This document shows positions 1 through 10,880 of a DNA stretch of 64,000 bases, in pieces. Numbering within the stretch: the first letter of the stretch is position 1; each line of letters begins with the position of its first letter. The notes under the pieces were generated by a model. It was not told the DNA's origin. It was given only the letters and a program-made list of their open reading frames with translations, and ran no database searches. The translations under genes and the position numbers were made by a program. Source of the DNA: Wickerhamiella versatilis (taxonomy: Eukaryota); contig JAQOWU010000007.1 of NCBI GenBank assembly GCA_030867685.1, forward strand, positions 372,001 through 436,000. The letters run 5' to 3'.

Positions 1-10
1 AAAATACTTA

Positions 11-1627
11 ATGGGTACAGTTGACCAAGACTCAGCCTCAATTGCATCCTGGAACTCCCAGAAAATATCTACCGCAAATGAAATTGATGCGGCCATAGCC
101 GGTGATAGGTACGCATCGGCAGCAGACTACAGAAGGAAAAAGGGCCGTGATGACCCCGATGCCACCAACCATATTATCGTTGACTGGGATGGACCAGATG
201 ATGTTGCAAATCCCCGTAACTGGCCGTTTCCAAAAAAGGCTATTGTCGCTCTTGTTATGGCTTTGATTACAGCTTCCTTATACATGGGCTCAGCATTGTT
301 CACCCCGGCAGAACAGCAGCTTATTGGGCACTTCCAAACTAGTGAAGTCAAGGTAACCCTTGGGTTATCTCTTTATGTGTGGGGGTATGGAATTGCGTCA
401 TTGTGGTTTAGCCCAATGAGTGACAATCCCCTTTTTGGTGGAAGATTATGGATCTATCTCTTCTGCCAGATTGTGTTTTGTGCTTTGCAAATTCCAACTG
501 CTCTATGTAATCATATAGCCCCTTTCGCTGTACTCCGCTTCTTGGCTGGGTGTATGGCCAGCCCACCTTTGGCAACTGGCGGAGCTACTTACGATGACGT
601 ATTTGGTTTCCCAGTTGTGACATATGCGCTTATTGCTTGGTCTGCTGGGGGTGTTCTTGGACCTTGCATTGGGCCATTGATTGGTGGTGCGCTTGTCCAA
701 CACAACTCATGGCGCTGGGCTTTCTGGTATCTGCTAATTCAAGCTGGGGCAGTTCTAGTGGCTCTACTGTTCCTTTTCCCTGAAACAAGTCACCAGGCTA
801 TCCTGATGAAAAAAGCAAGGAGTCTTCGCCGTCGATTGAAGAATCCTAACATTGTTGCCCCAGGGGATATACAGCTCAGGAACCAGAGCACGCGACAAGT
901 TCTCAAGGAAATATTTTGGAAACCAATAGAAATCACTATACGTGAACCAGTCCTTGCACTTATCGATCTACACTTAGGACTGATGTATGCTATCATGTAC
1001 CTGTTTTTCGAAGCCGTTCCTATATCATATGGCAGCGTATACAATTTTAATGCGGTACAGCAGGGTCTCATGTACCTTGGTCTTATATCAGGAATTGTCA
1101 TAATGGGCTTCCTTTATACGCCTTATTTGCAATATTTCCTGATATCACCATTGAAAAGGGAAGGAACCGATAATCCGCGTGAATCAAACGCAGTAGATCC
1201 GTATGCTATTTTTGGCAATCCTGCAATCGTTTCTGCAGTAATGTACCCATTGGGACTCTTAATATATGGCTGGTCTTCACATCCAGGAGTCCATTGGTTC
1301 CCTTCGGTGCTAGGTCTGGCCATTTTTGGCGGATCACTTTGGCTTGCTTTTCAATCTTACCTGTCGTTCCTGGCTAATCTGTATCCTTCACACTTGATAG
1401 CCTCTGCATTCGCTTCAAATTCCGTTGCACGGGCTTTGCTTGCTGCTGCATTTCCATTGTTTGCTCGGTACATGTACAACAACACCGCTATTGATGGTTA
1501 TCCGGTAGGATGGGGTTGCACAATTCTCACATTTATATCATTCATGCTTATACCTCTGCCTGTTTACATGAGACTAAGAGGGGAGGAGATTCATGATAAG
1601 GCAGTGGCTAAATATGGATCAGGCTAA
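11..1627 (+). CDS. MFS drug:H+ antiporter (DHA1 family, Tpo1/Flr1/Mdr1-like)
   Basis: WDGPDDVANPRNWP N-terminal motif, LRFLAG, GPCIGPLIGG, WRWAFW, PETS; about 12 hydrophobic segments. Confidence 0.92.
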   Translation: MGTVDQDSASIASWNSQKISTANEIDAAIAGDRYASAADYRRKKGRDDPDATNHIIVDWDGPDDVANPRNWPFPKKAIVALVMALITASLYMGSALFTPAEQQLIGHFQTSEVKVTLGLSLYVWGYGIASLWFSPMSDNPLFGGRLWIYLFCQIVFCALQIPTALCNHIAPFAVLRFLAGCMASPPLATGGATYDDVFGFPVVTYALIAWSAGGVLGPCIGPLIGGALVQHNSWRWAFWYLLIQAGAVLVALLFLFPETSHQAILMKKARSLRRRLKNPNIVAPGDIQLRNQSTRQVLKEIFWKPIEITIREPVLALIDLHLGLMYAIMYLFFEAVPISYGSVYNFNAVQQGLMYLGLISGIVIMGFLYTPYLQYFLISPLKREGTDNPRESNAVDPYAIFGNPAIVSAVMYPLGLLIYGWSSHPGVHWFPSVLGLAIFGGSLWLAFQSYLSFLANLYPSHLIASAFASNSVARALLAAAFPLFARYMYNNTAIDGYPVGWGCTILTFISFMLIPLPVYMRLRGEEIHDKAVAKYGSG

Positions 1628-1967
1628 ATGGTGCTTGCTTCGCATATCTGAGACATTCAATTATTAATTATTTAGTCCTCCATTAAATTGATTCTATAAC
1701 ACGAATTGTCATAAAATAGACTTACAGGGTTAGCTTTCACCGCCATTATGTTGATGTTAAACTAATATAATCGGAGGGCACGATAACATAACTGGTACAA
1801 TTGACCATGGATAGGTGATTTTGGAAGAAATATTCAGATTTCTATTCTCAGGTTTCTCATACTCAGAAATTTTGAGCTAAATAGCTGTGGTCAGGCTCTG
1901 AGCATTTTGCACCTCAAAGTTTTCCTCTAGATAATGATATCTCTGTTATTAATCAGTAAACTGAGCG

Positions 1968-3206
1968 ATGACTGACTTCCTGGTTATCGGAGCGGGGTTG
2001 GTAGGGCTGACTAGCGCGCTCCAACTGCAAAAAGAAGGCTTTCGAGTGAAAATAGTCGATCGCAAAGGTCCTGGTCTCGGTACGTCATATGGTAATGCTG
2101 GTGTGATCGCTACGATAGAGTCAGAGCCACTAGCGAATCCACATTCACTTATGCAAGCGCCATTCCTCCTATTCGACAAGGAAGGTGCACTCAAAATGCA
2201 TCCTGGGTATATGTTGAATTTATTCCCATTCATGACTAGGTTTGTGATGTCCTGCTTGCCTTCCCGGGTGGAATCAGGAGACAAAGCACTTCATTCGCTC
2301 AATTCTAATGCACTTGGCGCATGGAAGAGATGCTTGAAGTCTATCGGTGCCGAAAAAGAACTTGTAAAATCGGGATTGATAATGGTTTGGCAGAGAGAGA
2401 ATGCGATAAGGGATATAAAGTCATTCCAAGCAAACCTTCGCGACAAAGGGTTAGAATCACAACTTCTAGAGGGTGATGAGATACAGTCTCATGAGCCACA
2501 GCTCAATTCTAGTATACGCTATGGTCTTTTGTTTCCTAATGTTTACCATGTCAGTGAACCCTATCGTGTGTCCACTTGTCTTTTCGAAGCATTAAAAAAA
2601 AACGGTGCTGAATTCATTGAAGAGGATATTAAAACTGTGAAGGTAAACCCGTCTAATGTCGAGGCAAAGTCAGAAAATATTACTTTGAGGGCTTCAAAGC
2701 TTCTGATTGCCTGTGGTGCTGAGAGTGCAAAGTTGGCCACGGAACTGGGAGTTCACGTACCACTTGAGGCAGAAGCTGGTCATCATATCATGATGCCTGA
2801 AAGAAAGAAAACTCTCAACCATATCGTTACCTCGGCAGATAGTCACATATATATGACCCCTATGATCTCAGGATTGCGAGTAACTGGCTTTTCCGAGTGG
2901 GGTGGGCTGAATTTGAAACCAAACTTGACAAGATACAATACACTGGCCCACATCGCAAGTGGGATCTTGCGCGATAGTGTTGTTCTAAACGACGCAACAA
3001 CCTGGACAGGCTTCAGGCCCACCCTCCCTGACTACTTACCTGTCATTGGTAGGCATCCTCAGTACCCAGAACAGGTTTACTTCGCATTTGGCCACCAACA
3101 TTTGGGAGTTACACAGTCTGCAATTACTGCAGAGCTAATAGCGGCGATAGCTAAGGGGCGCGCTCCAAAAGTTGACCTAGCTCCATTCCGCCCCGATAGA
3201 TTTTGA
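1968..3206 (+). CDS. Bacterial-type FAD-dependent D-amino acid dehydrogenase (DadA family, resembles D-hydroxyproline dehydrogenase LhpB)
   Basis: VIGAGLVG dinucleotide motif, GTSYGNAG, WTGFRPTLPD, AFGHQHLGVTQ, C-terminal PDRF; all typical of proteobacterial DadA/LhpB proteins. Confidence 0.85.
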   Translation: MTDFLVIGAGLVGLTSALQLQKEGFRVKIVDRKGPGLGTSYGNAGVIATIESEPLANPHSLMQAPFLLFDKEGALKMHPGYMLNLFPFMTRFVMSCLPSRVESGDKALHSLNSNALGAWKRCLKSIGAEKELVKSGLIMVWQRENAIRDIKSFQANLRDKGLESQLLEGDEIQSHEPQLNSSIRYGLLFPNVYHVSEPYRVSTCLFEALKKNGAEFIEEDIKTVKVNPSNVEAKSENITLRASKLLIACGAESAKLATELGVHVPLEAEAGHHIMMPERKKTLNHIVTSADSHIYMTPMISGLRVTGFSEWGGLNLKPNLTRYNTLAHIASGILRDSVVLNDATTWTGFRPTLPDYLPVIGRHPQYPEQVYFAFGHQHLGVTQSAITAELIAAIAKGRAPKVDLAPFRPDRF

Positions 3207-3353
3207 GGCGTGTCAGATCAACACACAGGCAGAACTATTTTGAAGTGTGCACAATTTAATTTTATGTAGTAGTACAGAGTAAATGAAATCGAGTCACTTG
3301 TTTCAAAGGTATGTTATGGTCTGAAAACTACTTGAACCTAAGTGATGGTGCGT

Positions 3354-4043
3354 CTAACGAGGAAGGTCATCCGAGACCTCCACATGGAAATGCGGTCGTG
3401 TGAACAAGTTTCTTATCAACCCCTTATCCATGTCTCCCTGCACATACCACTTGGGTCGAGAAAAACTTACTACTGATGTTGAGGGCTCATCGCTAGCAAC
3501 TTTAGCAGCAATAGTAGTGCTACTCAAGACGCCAGGGTGCAGTCCCAATTTTTCTACCATGCCTTCAAGACTCGCCTCCACATCTGGAGAGACCTTAGCT
3601 TCTTTGGAGCACAGTATCGCGGCAGCCTTTTCAAACTTTATATCCTTCATTTGATCACATACGTCTTCTAGGTACTGTAAAGGTAGGCTGATAACCAAGA
3701 TATCAGCGTCCTCTGCCACTTTATGGATATCTGAGCTTGCATGAAGGTTGAAAGGTAAAGGAACCTCTGGAAGGTACTGAACATTCTCATGATAGGTATT
3801 TATGATATCGGTGAGTTTCATATCATCTACCATTTCTTCATGTACCCACATTTTTACATCTCGATGGAATAAGTAGGGCTTTCCCATGCAATTATGCGCT
3901 ACTATCCGGGCAATAGCAGTACCCCACTGGCCAGCACCTATTACGGCAACGCGAAATCTCTGTCTATAATTTGAAGCAATATACGCTGGCGCGGATTTAC
4001 TGCCAAGCAACTCTTCCAACCTCTTCGTCGGTGTTGCTGTCAT
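3354..4043 (-). pseudogene. C-terminally truncated NAD-dependent glycerol-3-phosphate dehydrogenase (Gpd1-like N-terminal domain only)
   Basis: FRVAVIGAGQWGTAIA, VKMWVHEE, LTDIINTYHENVQYLP, LFTRPHFHV match Gpd1. The ORF stops just before the GALKN catalytic-Lys motif and no continuation is visible downstream. Confidence 0.75.
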
Positions 4044-4407
4044 TTACGTAATTGAAGAGATGTGTTGGGATATTTTATAAGTGGAACCTACCACTAGAGT
4101 AAATATAGAAGGCTGAATATATATTATTTCTTTGAATACCAATTTTAAAAAGAAACTCAGTGATGATCTCCACAGACATACATTCACTCAGTGCGCCAGT
4201 GAAATAAAGTAGATTATATAGCAACTAGATCAAGCCAACATGAGCAATGATAGTAAGGTAGGTAATGGTGACACACACGCATACTGCGAGGATACGAAAA
4301 TTTCGCATTCGATGAAGCAAGCTTAAACATTACTAATATACTTTTACTATTGACCAACAACTTTAAAAAAAATACTACAGCAGGTAGCATTATGCGGTCT
4401 TTTATGT

Positions 4408-6414
4408 TCAATAGAAGTTAAGCTTGATACCTTTTTCGCGAGCAATAGCCCACCAGTAAGATGGCAAACCAGAAGCTTGCCTCCTTCTAACCTCGTTAAT
4501 GACCTCCAACTTATCTCCATATCTGAATGGACTTGTAGAACTTAGGTTTTGGAACCACAAGTTGTAGCGCCTAGTGAGATCTGTATCTGAAAAAATTGCC
4601 TCGCAGGCCCCTATAAATCCTGCAAAGCAGGGCGGACAGACTAGCGGCGCATTTCGAGTTTGCGTCAGCTCATTTATCGCTTCCAAATGACTCAAAATTC
4701 TCTTTATTCGCGGCTGAAGAATCGATCTATCAATGTTCTTGGTTACCCTGTAATGATAGACGACCAAAGCCTCGTGAAAAGCGAGCGTATGGTGGTTAAC
4801 AAGAGCTAGACAAACACCTTTCCTGCCTGCATCTGTCTCTTCTTCTACAGGTGCTAGTATCATAGGTGGGGTGTATTGATGATACCAATTTTCGAGTGCT
4901 GCTTCAAAATTGATGCACTTCTCGCTATGTTGAACCTCAATACCCTGTTGAGTCAAGATTCCTTGGCCATCACGAGTTCCACGAGATAGCATTATTGCTT
5001 CTTTAAATAGAAAGCCAAGAGAGCAAGGAATGCCATAGGTTAGCTCCCAAGAGTTTCCTTTCAATTCAGCCTCATACATATCCTCATCTTTCTCTACGAA
5101 GAACGGCTCTTCAATGACGTATTGCATGAGATATTCCTCGAATTCGGGAAGGCTTGTAAGTTGCAATGATGGATTTAAACGCGTGTTGCGAGTTTCAATA
5201 GATTTTCTAGCCATATCGCTTTTGTCTGGAAGCATTCCAGAGAAAATGTGATCAATCCAACTGTAAGTTGATTCGTCTATGTAAAACTGGTCGCATTCAT
5301 TTATGCTAAGCATCAGGGATCCGGAGAGCCTTGATAGAATCATAGACATCGCTGAAGTCCTATGTAGAGTGGCAGCCTTAGCACTGACTTTTGGTCTCTG
5401 TTGCAGACGGCTACCTATCAGTAGTCCAATAACATCGAAAAATTTCCACGGTATAGAATGATCATATTCAGCAAAATAATCGGTTCTTTGCAGACATTGT
5501 AGAGCTACCAATAGGTCTTTGTATTTGCCAGCATGGCATCCCTCAAAGCTTCCTTTAATACTACATTTTGCAGCAGTATGTAGTTTTTGACCTAGATCGT
5601 TGTAATATCGAATGCCTTCATTATTTGGCGAGCAACGATCACGGATAAAATATGCTGTGCTGGCTGTAATGCTGTAAAGGATGCAAAGCCGTCCACATGA
5701 ACTGTGGCCAGTAGATAGCACATCCCCAATTGCACTTACGGCTCGCGGAGTCTGGGAAGTGCGCCAAGAGTTCTGAGGATGTACCAGAAAAGACATATAG
5801 GGCATCATGTATTCGTGATATACAGAAAGTAAATATTGAGTTAACGGTGATAATTGGGGTAGCTGTCTTGGCTTTTCAACCGGAAAATAAGGGAGGTAGT
5901 CTGAGAAGTCCGCTTGAAATAGTATATTATCGTGCTTTTGCTCACAGGATTCAAAATAATTGGGCGGTAAAGCCCGATAAAAAAAGTAGGGAAGTGGGAT
6001 AAAATCACCTTTAGACGGATTATGAAGCCACTTAGGGTAGCTTGGATGCGTTATATTAGAAGGCATGGTTTTTAAAGACTTCGCTTTGGGAGAATTATCT
6101 GTGATGGATGCACTGAAAGTGGCGAATGGACCCTCAATCATGGTTTTACGTTCAGGTCTCGCCAAATCGATTCTGACCAGTGCCTCATCCAGCTCTTCAT
6201 GCGTAGCATAGAGCATCGAATTTGGAAACTTCACAAACCCAATAGGACGCCTAGTCTCTGCCACATCCTCATCCCCCCAGGTTAATCGTATTCCGTATCC
6301 TTCACAATCTATACTCGCACGAGCACAGCGATTACAAGTGGGAACTGCCTGATCACATTTTACTTTTCTTTTACGACATGACCAGCATCCCTCGAATGAC
6401 TTATATCTTGCCAT
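4408..6414 (-). CDS. Zn2Cys6 transcription factor, Arg81-like N-terminus
   Basis: SFEGCWSCRKRKVKCDQAVPTCNRCARASIDCEGYGIRLTW; first ATG at 6414. Confidence 0.9.
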   Translation of the reverse strand: MARYKSFEGCWSCRKRKVKCDQAVPTCNRCARASIDCEGYGIRLTWGDEDVAETRRPIGFVKFPNSMLYATHEELDEALVRIDLARPERKTMIEGPFATFSASITDNSPKAKSLKTMPSNITHPSYPKWLHNPSKGDFIPLPYFFYRALPPNYFESCEQKHDNILFQADFSDYLPYFPVEKPRQLPQLSPLTQYLLSVYHEYMMPYMSFLVHPQNSWRTSQTPRAVSAIGDVLSTGHSSCGRLCILYSITASTAYFIRDRCSPNNEGIRYYNDLGQKLHTAAKCSIKGSFEGCHAGKYKDLLVALQCLQRTDYFAEYDHSIPWKFFDVIGLLIGSRLQQRPKVSAKAATLHRTSAMSMILSRLSGSLMLSINECDQFYIDESTYSWIDHIFSGMLPDKSDMARKSIETRNTRLNPSLQLTSLPEFEEYLMQYVIEEPFFVEKDEDMYEAELKGNSWELTYGIPCSLGFLFKEAIMLSRGTRDGQGILTQQGIEVQHSEKCINFEAALENWYHQYTPPMILAPVEEETDAGRKGVCLALVNHHTLAFHEALVVYHYRVTKNIDRSILQPRIKRILSHLEAINELTQTRNAPLVCPPCFAGFIGACEAIFSDTDLTRRYNLWFQNLSSTSPFRYGDKLEVINEVRRRQASGLPSYWWAIAREKGIKLNFY

Positions 6415-6731
6415 ACTTATCAACCCTTTGTGAAGTGGGCATACAAAATGATGTGATTACTACTAGATTATCAGAAAGATGCAACTTATCGTCGAAATAA
6501 TTTCCAAAATGGAATCTTTGGAATCGAAAAAGGATTATAATTGCAAATAGTGCAAGGCAATAAATATAAAAGATGAAATAATGATAATGGTGACACATAG
6601 CAATGTTATTATCCATCCCCGAAGTAAAATAAACACTCGGAAAATTGGACGCTAAGCCAATCCTTACGTGTTGCATTTTAATGTTAGTTTAATCCTACGT
6701 GACAAAGATTATCTGAGATTCTTTATTCTTG

Positions 6732-6746
6732 GGAAAGTCTGGCCGA
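6732..6746 (+). promoter_or_regulatory. Shared 15-bp upstream motif GGAAAGTCTGGCCGA, copy 1
   Basis: Identical to 9389-9403; ends ~105 bp before the OPT ATG; contains a CCG triplet. Confidence 0.7.
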
Positions 6747-6850
6747 AGTTATCTTACTATTAGTCACAATAAGATAGCACTCTTAAGTGGGAGTTACTTA
6801 TAGACCTCGAAGCACAGCATTCAGAATTAATCTTTAATTCATACATCAGT

Positions 6851-9172
6851 ATGTTGGGAGCTGAAAAGAACAAAGTTTCGACGGCAACCGTCAAGGACCT
6901 CAACGAAGAGGAGGAATCTGTTCATAAAGGCTATGTAGGTACTGATGATGTCGGGTTGGAGGAGTCAGAAATGGTTGAATATGGCCCTGATGAGATACTT
7001 GACGAAACAGCTGAGAATGCGCCCTTGCCTGAAGTGAGATCAGTTGTCAGCCCCTTTGATGACGATAGTCTTCCGGTAAACACATTTCGCGCATGGTTGC
7101 TTGGTATTTTATTTACAATTATCGGCTCTGGTATTAATCAATTCTTTTCTATGCGTTACCCAGGCATAACTATAAGTTCCATGGTGGCACAATTGGTATC
7201 TTTTCCTTGTGGGGTGTTTCTTGCTAAGGTTCTCCCTGTACGTGAGTTTAGTCTTGGACGGCTTGGAAAATACAAATTAAATCCCGATCGAAAATTCAAC
7301 AGTAAAGAGCATACATTGATCACGATAATGGCTAACATATCATTCACTTCGGCTTGGGCCACAGACATCATTCAGGCCCAGTTTATCTATGGTAAAATGC
7401 CTGCTGTAGGGTTTCAGTTCCTATTAGTGCTAACATGCCAGCTTTTCGGACTGGGAATTGCCGGACTAGCACAGGATATTTTAGTGCATGATTCCCGTAA
7501 CTATTGGCCCACTACTTTGGCAAATGTAGCTCTATTTGCCTCTTTACACTCGAAGGCAAATCCTGTGGCTAATGGTTGGATGATAAGTCGTCTGAAATTT
7601 TTCCTTGTAGCATTCGGTGCTGCTTTTATCTATTACTTTTTCCCGGGATTCATTTTCACTGCGCTGTCGAATTTTACCTGGATTTGTTGGATCGTACCTA
7701 AAAATATTGTGGTCAATCAGTTATTCGGACAAATTCAAGGCTTAGGTTTCAGTCCAATTACATTTGACTGGTCACAAATCACGTATGGTTACAGTTCTTC
7801 ACCAATGCTTATTCCCCCATCAGCTCTTGTAAATGGAATTTTGTCTTGGCTCCTTTTTTTTGCTATACTACCAGTAATACTTTATTATACCAACAAGATG
7901 TACTTCTCGTATCTTCCAATGTCTTCTTCTACAGTTTTTGATAATAAAGGCAACGAATATAACGGTTCGAGGGTCTTGGATGGGGGGAATCTGTCGCTGA
8001 ATGAAGAGGCATATCGCAACTACTCACCACCTTTTCTGGCGGCCACCTATGCAATTTCATACGCATGTTCTTATGCTGTTCTATCTTCATCAATAACATA
8101 CCTTGTTCTTTATCATGGTAAAAGTATATTAGAAACCTTCAAAGGACAGCAAAAGAAAGATGTTCATGTGCGGCAGATGGAAAAGTACAAAGCTGTACCA
8201 AAATGGTGGTATATTCTACTTACCTTGATTATCTATGCTATTACCATTGGGATCAATGAAAGGTATGAGACTGATTGGCCGGTATGGGGAATAACCATAG
8301 CCCTGCTTATGGTAGCTGTTTTCATCATCCCCGTTGGGATAGTTTATGCCAGGACAAATATAAATACTAATTGCATGACTGTATTGGGGCAAGTCATAGC
8401 AGGATATGCTCTCAACCCACCTAAACCAATTGTATCCTTGCTTTGGAAGTTTTATGCTTACACTGGGATTTCACAAGCAATGTATTTCAGCCAGGATATA
8501 AAACTTGGATATTATATGAAGGTTCCCAAAAGAACAATTTTTGCGGCCCAATTCACTGCGTGCATAATAGGTGCTATTGTGCAGGTTGGTGTTTTGCTGG
8601 GAATGCTCCAAGGACTTGATGGAATATGTACGCCAGGCCAAAAAGATAATTTTACGTGTCCACAAGGGACAACTAATTATGCAGCATCGGTTATTTGGGG
8701 GCTTGTTGGTCCTCAGCGGCTTATATCTGCGGGAAAGCTTTATTCTGGTTTTCTTCATCTATTTTGGATCGGAGCTGTGGTTGTCTTGCTTACCTGGCTA
8801 CTTCAGAGAAAATTTCCTAATAATCGTGTTCTGAAAAATATTAACTGGGTTGTGTTCTTCGGAGCACTGGGGAATTATCCTCCAGCCACAGGTATTAACT
8901 ATACATCAGCGTTTGTGGTTGGGATCGCTTTCAATTATTTCATTAAAAGAAGATATGGAAATTGGTGGCTTAAGTATAATTTTGTCCTATCAAGTGCTCT
9001 TGATGTTGGAACAGCCCTTTCAGGTATAGTGATTTTTCTATGTCTAGGTCTCACAGGTGCTTCGCTTAAGTGGTGGGGGAACGAAGTTTATAATAATACA
9101 GCTGATGGGAAGCTCACTCCGTACAAGGAATTACCATCTAAGGGGTATTTTGGACCAAGCTCTTGGTCTTAA
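6851..9172 (+). CDS. OPT-family oligopeptide transporter
   Basis: PLPEVRSVV, NTFRAW, FNSKEHTLITIMA, QDIKLGYYMKVP, KYNFVLSSALDVG, WWGN. Confidence 0.95.
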   Translation: MLGAEKNKVSTATVKDLNEEEESVHKGYVGTDDVGLEESEMVEYGPDEILDETAENAPLPEVRSVVSPFDDDSLPVNTFRAWLLGILFTIIGSGINQFFSMRYPGITISSMVAQLVSFPCGVFLAKVLPVREFSLGRLGKYKLNPDRKFNSKEHTLITIMANISFTSAWATDIIQAQFIYGKMPAVGFQFLLVLTCQLFGLGIAGLAQDILVHDSRNYWPTTLANVALFASLHSKANPVANGWMISRLKFFLVAFGAAFIYYFFPGFIFTALSNFTWICWIVPKNIVVNQLFGQIQGLGFSPITFDWSQITYGYSSSPMLIPPSALVNGILSWLLFFAILPVILYYTNKMYFSYLPMSSSTVFDNKGNEYNGSRVLDGGNLSLNEEAYRNYSPPFLAATYAISYACSYAVLSSSITYLVLYHGKSILETFKGQQKKDVHVRQMEKYKAVPKWWYILLTLIIYAITIGINERYETDWPVWGITIALLMVAVFIIPVGIVYARTNINTNCMTVLGQVIAGYALNPPKPIVSLLWKFYAYTGISQAMYFSQDIKLGYYMKVPKRTIFAAQFTACIIGAIVQVGVLLGMLQGLDGICTPGQKDNFTCPQGTTNYAASVIWGLVGPQRLISAGKLYSGFLHLFWIGAVVVLLTWLLQRKFPNNRVLKNINWVVFFGALGNYPPATGINYTSAFVVGIAFNYFIKRRYGNWWLKYNFVLSSALDVGTALSGIVIFLCLGLTGASLKWWGNEVYNNTADGKLTPYKELPSKGYFGPSSWS

Positions 9173-9388
9173 GAAGCCCACGGTATTTTATTGAAAGAAT
9201 GAAATTTTTTTTACTCGATAGCCAGGACTAGAACTGAACGAATATAGATTTTAGAGATAACAAATTTCACATCAATATTCTTCCCTTTAGCGTTTCTTTA
9301 GAAGTATTATAGTACGTGGTGTTTCCTCCAGGAAACCTAACCTATAGCTTAATTCACTCCACAAACCCTTATATTGTTATTAATCAAA

Positions 9389-9403
9389 GGAAAGTCTGGC
9401 CGA
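9389..9403 (+). promoter_or_regulatory. Shared 15-bp upstream motif GGAAAGTCTGGCCGA, copy 2
   Basis: Identical to 6732-6746; ends ~100 bp before the oxidase ATG; GATAAG nearby at ~9426. Confidence 0.7.
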
Positions 9404-9503
9404 GGTGAAATCTCCCGTGCGCCGAGATAAGATTATAAATACTAGGGGTACAAGACTTTTATAAGTACGGTGCACCGCCCACGGTCATAGAGAACCACAA
9501 GGT

Positions 9504-10778
9504 ATGCTGTCGAAAGAATCAAATATCATAATTGTAGGAGGAGGAACTTTTGGTCTTTCTACGGCATTATGGCTGTGCAGGAATCATTATCGAAATGTCA
9601 CTGTTATTGACTGCTTTGATGTACCATCTGACCTGAGCGCAGCTTTTGACCTTAACAAAGTCATTCAATCTTCCTACGGGCCTAATGATAGGTTCACCAC
9701 GATGCTCGCGCTAGAAGCACTAGAACTTTGGCAAAATGATCCTGTTTTCTATCCACATTTTCATGATACTGGGATTGTTTATGCTACTTCAGCAGGAAAG
9801 GAAAGCGAAGAATACCACCAACTCAAGTTGGTGCATGATGAGATGGTGAACTCAGGTCGAGAGGCTAGCATACCTCTAGATAGTGTAACTGACTTCAAGA
9901 GGCTTGTGCCTCAACTCACTGGAGATATATCTTCGTGGAGAGGATTCTATCAAGCAAAAGACTGCGGATGGGCTCAAAGTCTTGGTGCACTAGCCTCTGC
10001 TGCAGAAGAGATAAAAAGGTTAGGCGGATCACTTGTTACAGCAAAAGTAGAAAGTCTTATGTTTGACGAGAATTCTACCAGAGTAGTAGGAGTATCTGCA
10101 TCTGATGGCAGAGTTTTCTACGGTGAAAAAATCGTGATTTCTGCTGGTGCATCATCTGTAAAACTCCTTGATTTCAAAAATCAGCTTCTTGCAAAGTGCT
10201 GGACGTTAGGAAAGATTAAACTTTCTCAGGAAGAGGCAAAGGAGTTTAAACACATACCTGTTGTAACAAACCAGGAAATGGGATTCTTTTTCGAGCCTGA
10301 CTATAAGAATGAAATCAAAATATGCAATGAATTTCCCGGTTATACAAATTATATAAGGGAAAGCAAAGAGCCCGATGACTCTGTGCCAGTGAAAAGGAAC
10401 TCGATCCCTAAGGAAGCCGAAGCGGGTATAAGATCTTTGCTGCATGCAACAATGCCGCGATTCGAAGGTAGGGATCTTACTGAGTCCAGAATATGTTGGT
10501 GTACTGATACACCAGATCGTAATTTCCTGATCTGTGAGCATCCAGATTACAGCGGATCACTAGTTCTTGCCACTGGAGACTCAGGACATGGATTTAAACA
10601 CATGCCAAATATCGGTAGATATATCGCAAGGCTTATTTGTTATGGGCCCGCGTCACTTGGTGAGGAGAAGAATCAAAAGTGGAGATGGCGGCCTGAAACC
10701 AGTGGTGACCGCATTCAAAACAGATTTGGAGGCTTAGGATCTGTTAAAGACCTTAACGATATCAAGGAATGGATTTAA
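9504..10778 (+). CDS. Fructosyl-amino acid oxidase (amadoriase) / saccharopine-pipecolate oxidase family flavoprotein
   Basis: IVGGGTFGLSTAL, SAAFDLNKV, GFFFEPD, IKICNEFPGYT, RICWCTDTPD (FAD-linking Cys), ATGDSGHGFK, WRWRPET. Confidence 0.88.
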   Translation: MLSKESNIIIVGGGTFGLSTALWLCRNHYRNVTVIDCFDVPSDLSAAFDLNKVIQSSYGPNDRFTTMLALEALELWQNDPVFYPHFHDTGIVYATSAGKESEEYHQLKLVHDEMVNSGREASIPLDSVTDFKRLVPQLTGDISSWRGFYQAKDCGWAQSLGALASAAEEIKRLGGSLVTAKVESLMFDENSTRVVGVSASDGRVFYGEKIVISAGASSVKLLDFKNQLLAKCWTLGKIKLSQEEAKEFKHIPVVTNQEMGFFFEPDYKNEIKICNEFPGYTNYIRESKEPDDSVPVKRNSIPKEAEAGIRSLLHATMPRFEGRDLTESRICWCTDTPDRNFLICEHPDYSGSLVLATGDSGHGFKHMPNIGRYIARLICYGPASLGEEKNQKWRWRPETSGDRIQNRFGGLGSVKDLNDIKEWI

Positions 10779-10880
10779 TTTTTTGTCTCATTATACCGAA
10801 ACTTTAGGTTAACATAAAAATAATAATGACAAGTGCAAGCGCCCCGAAGTTCAAATTGGCTTAACCATGTAGTCCTTATC

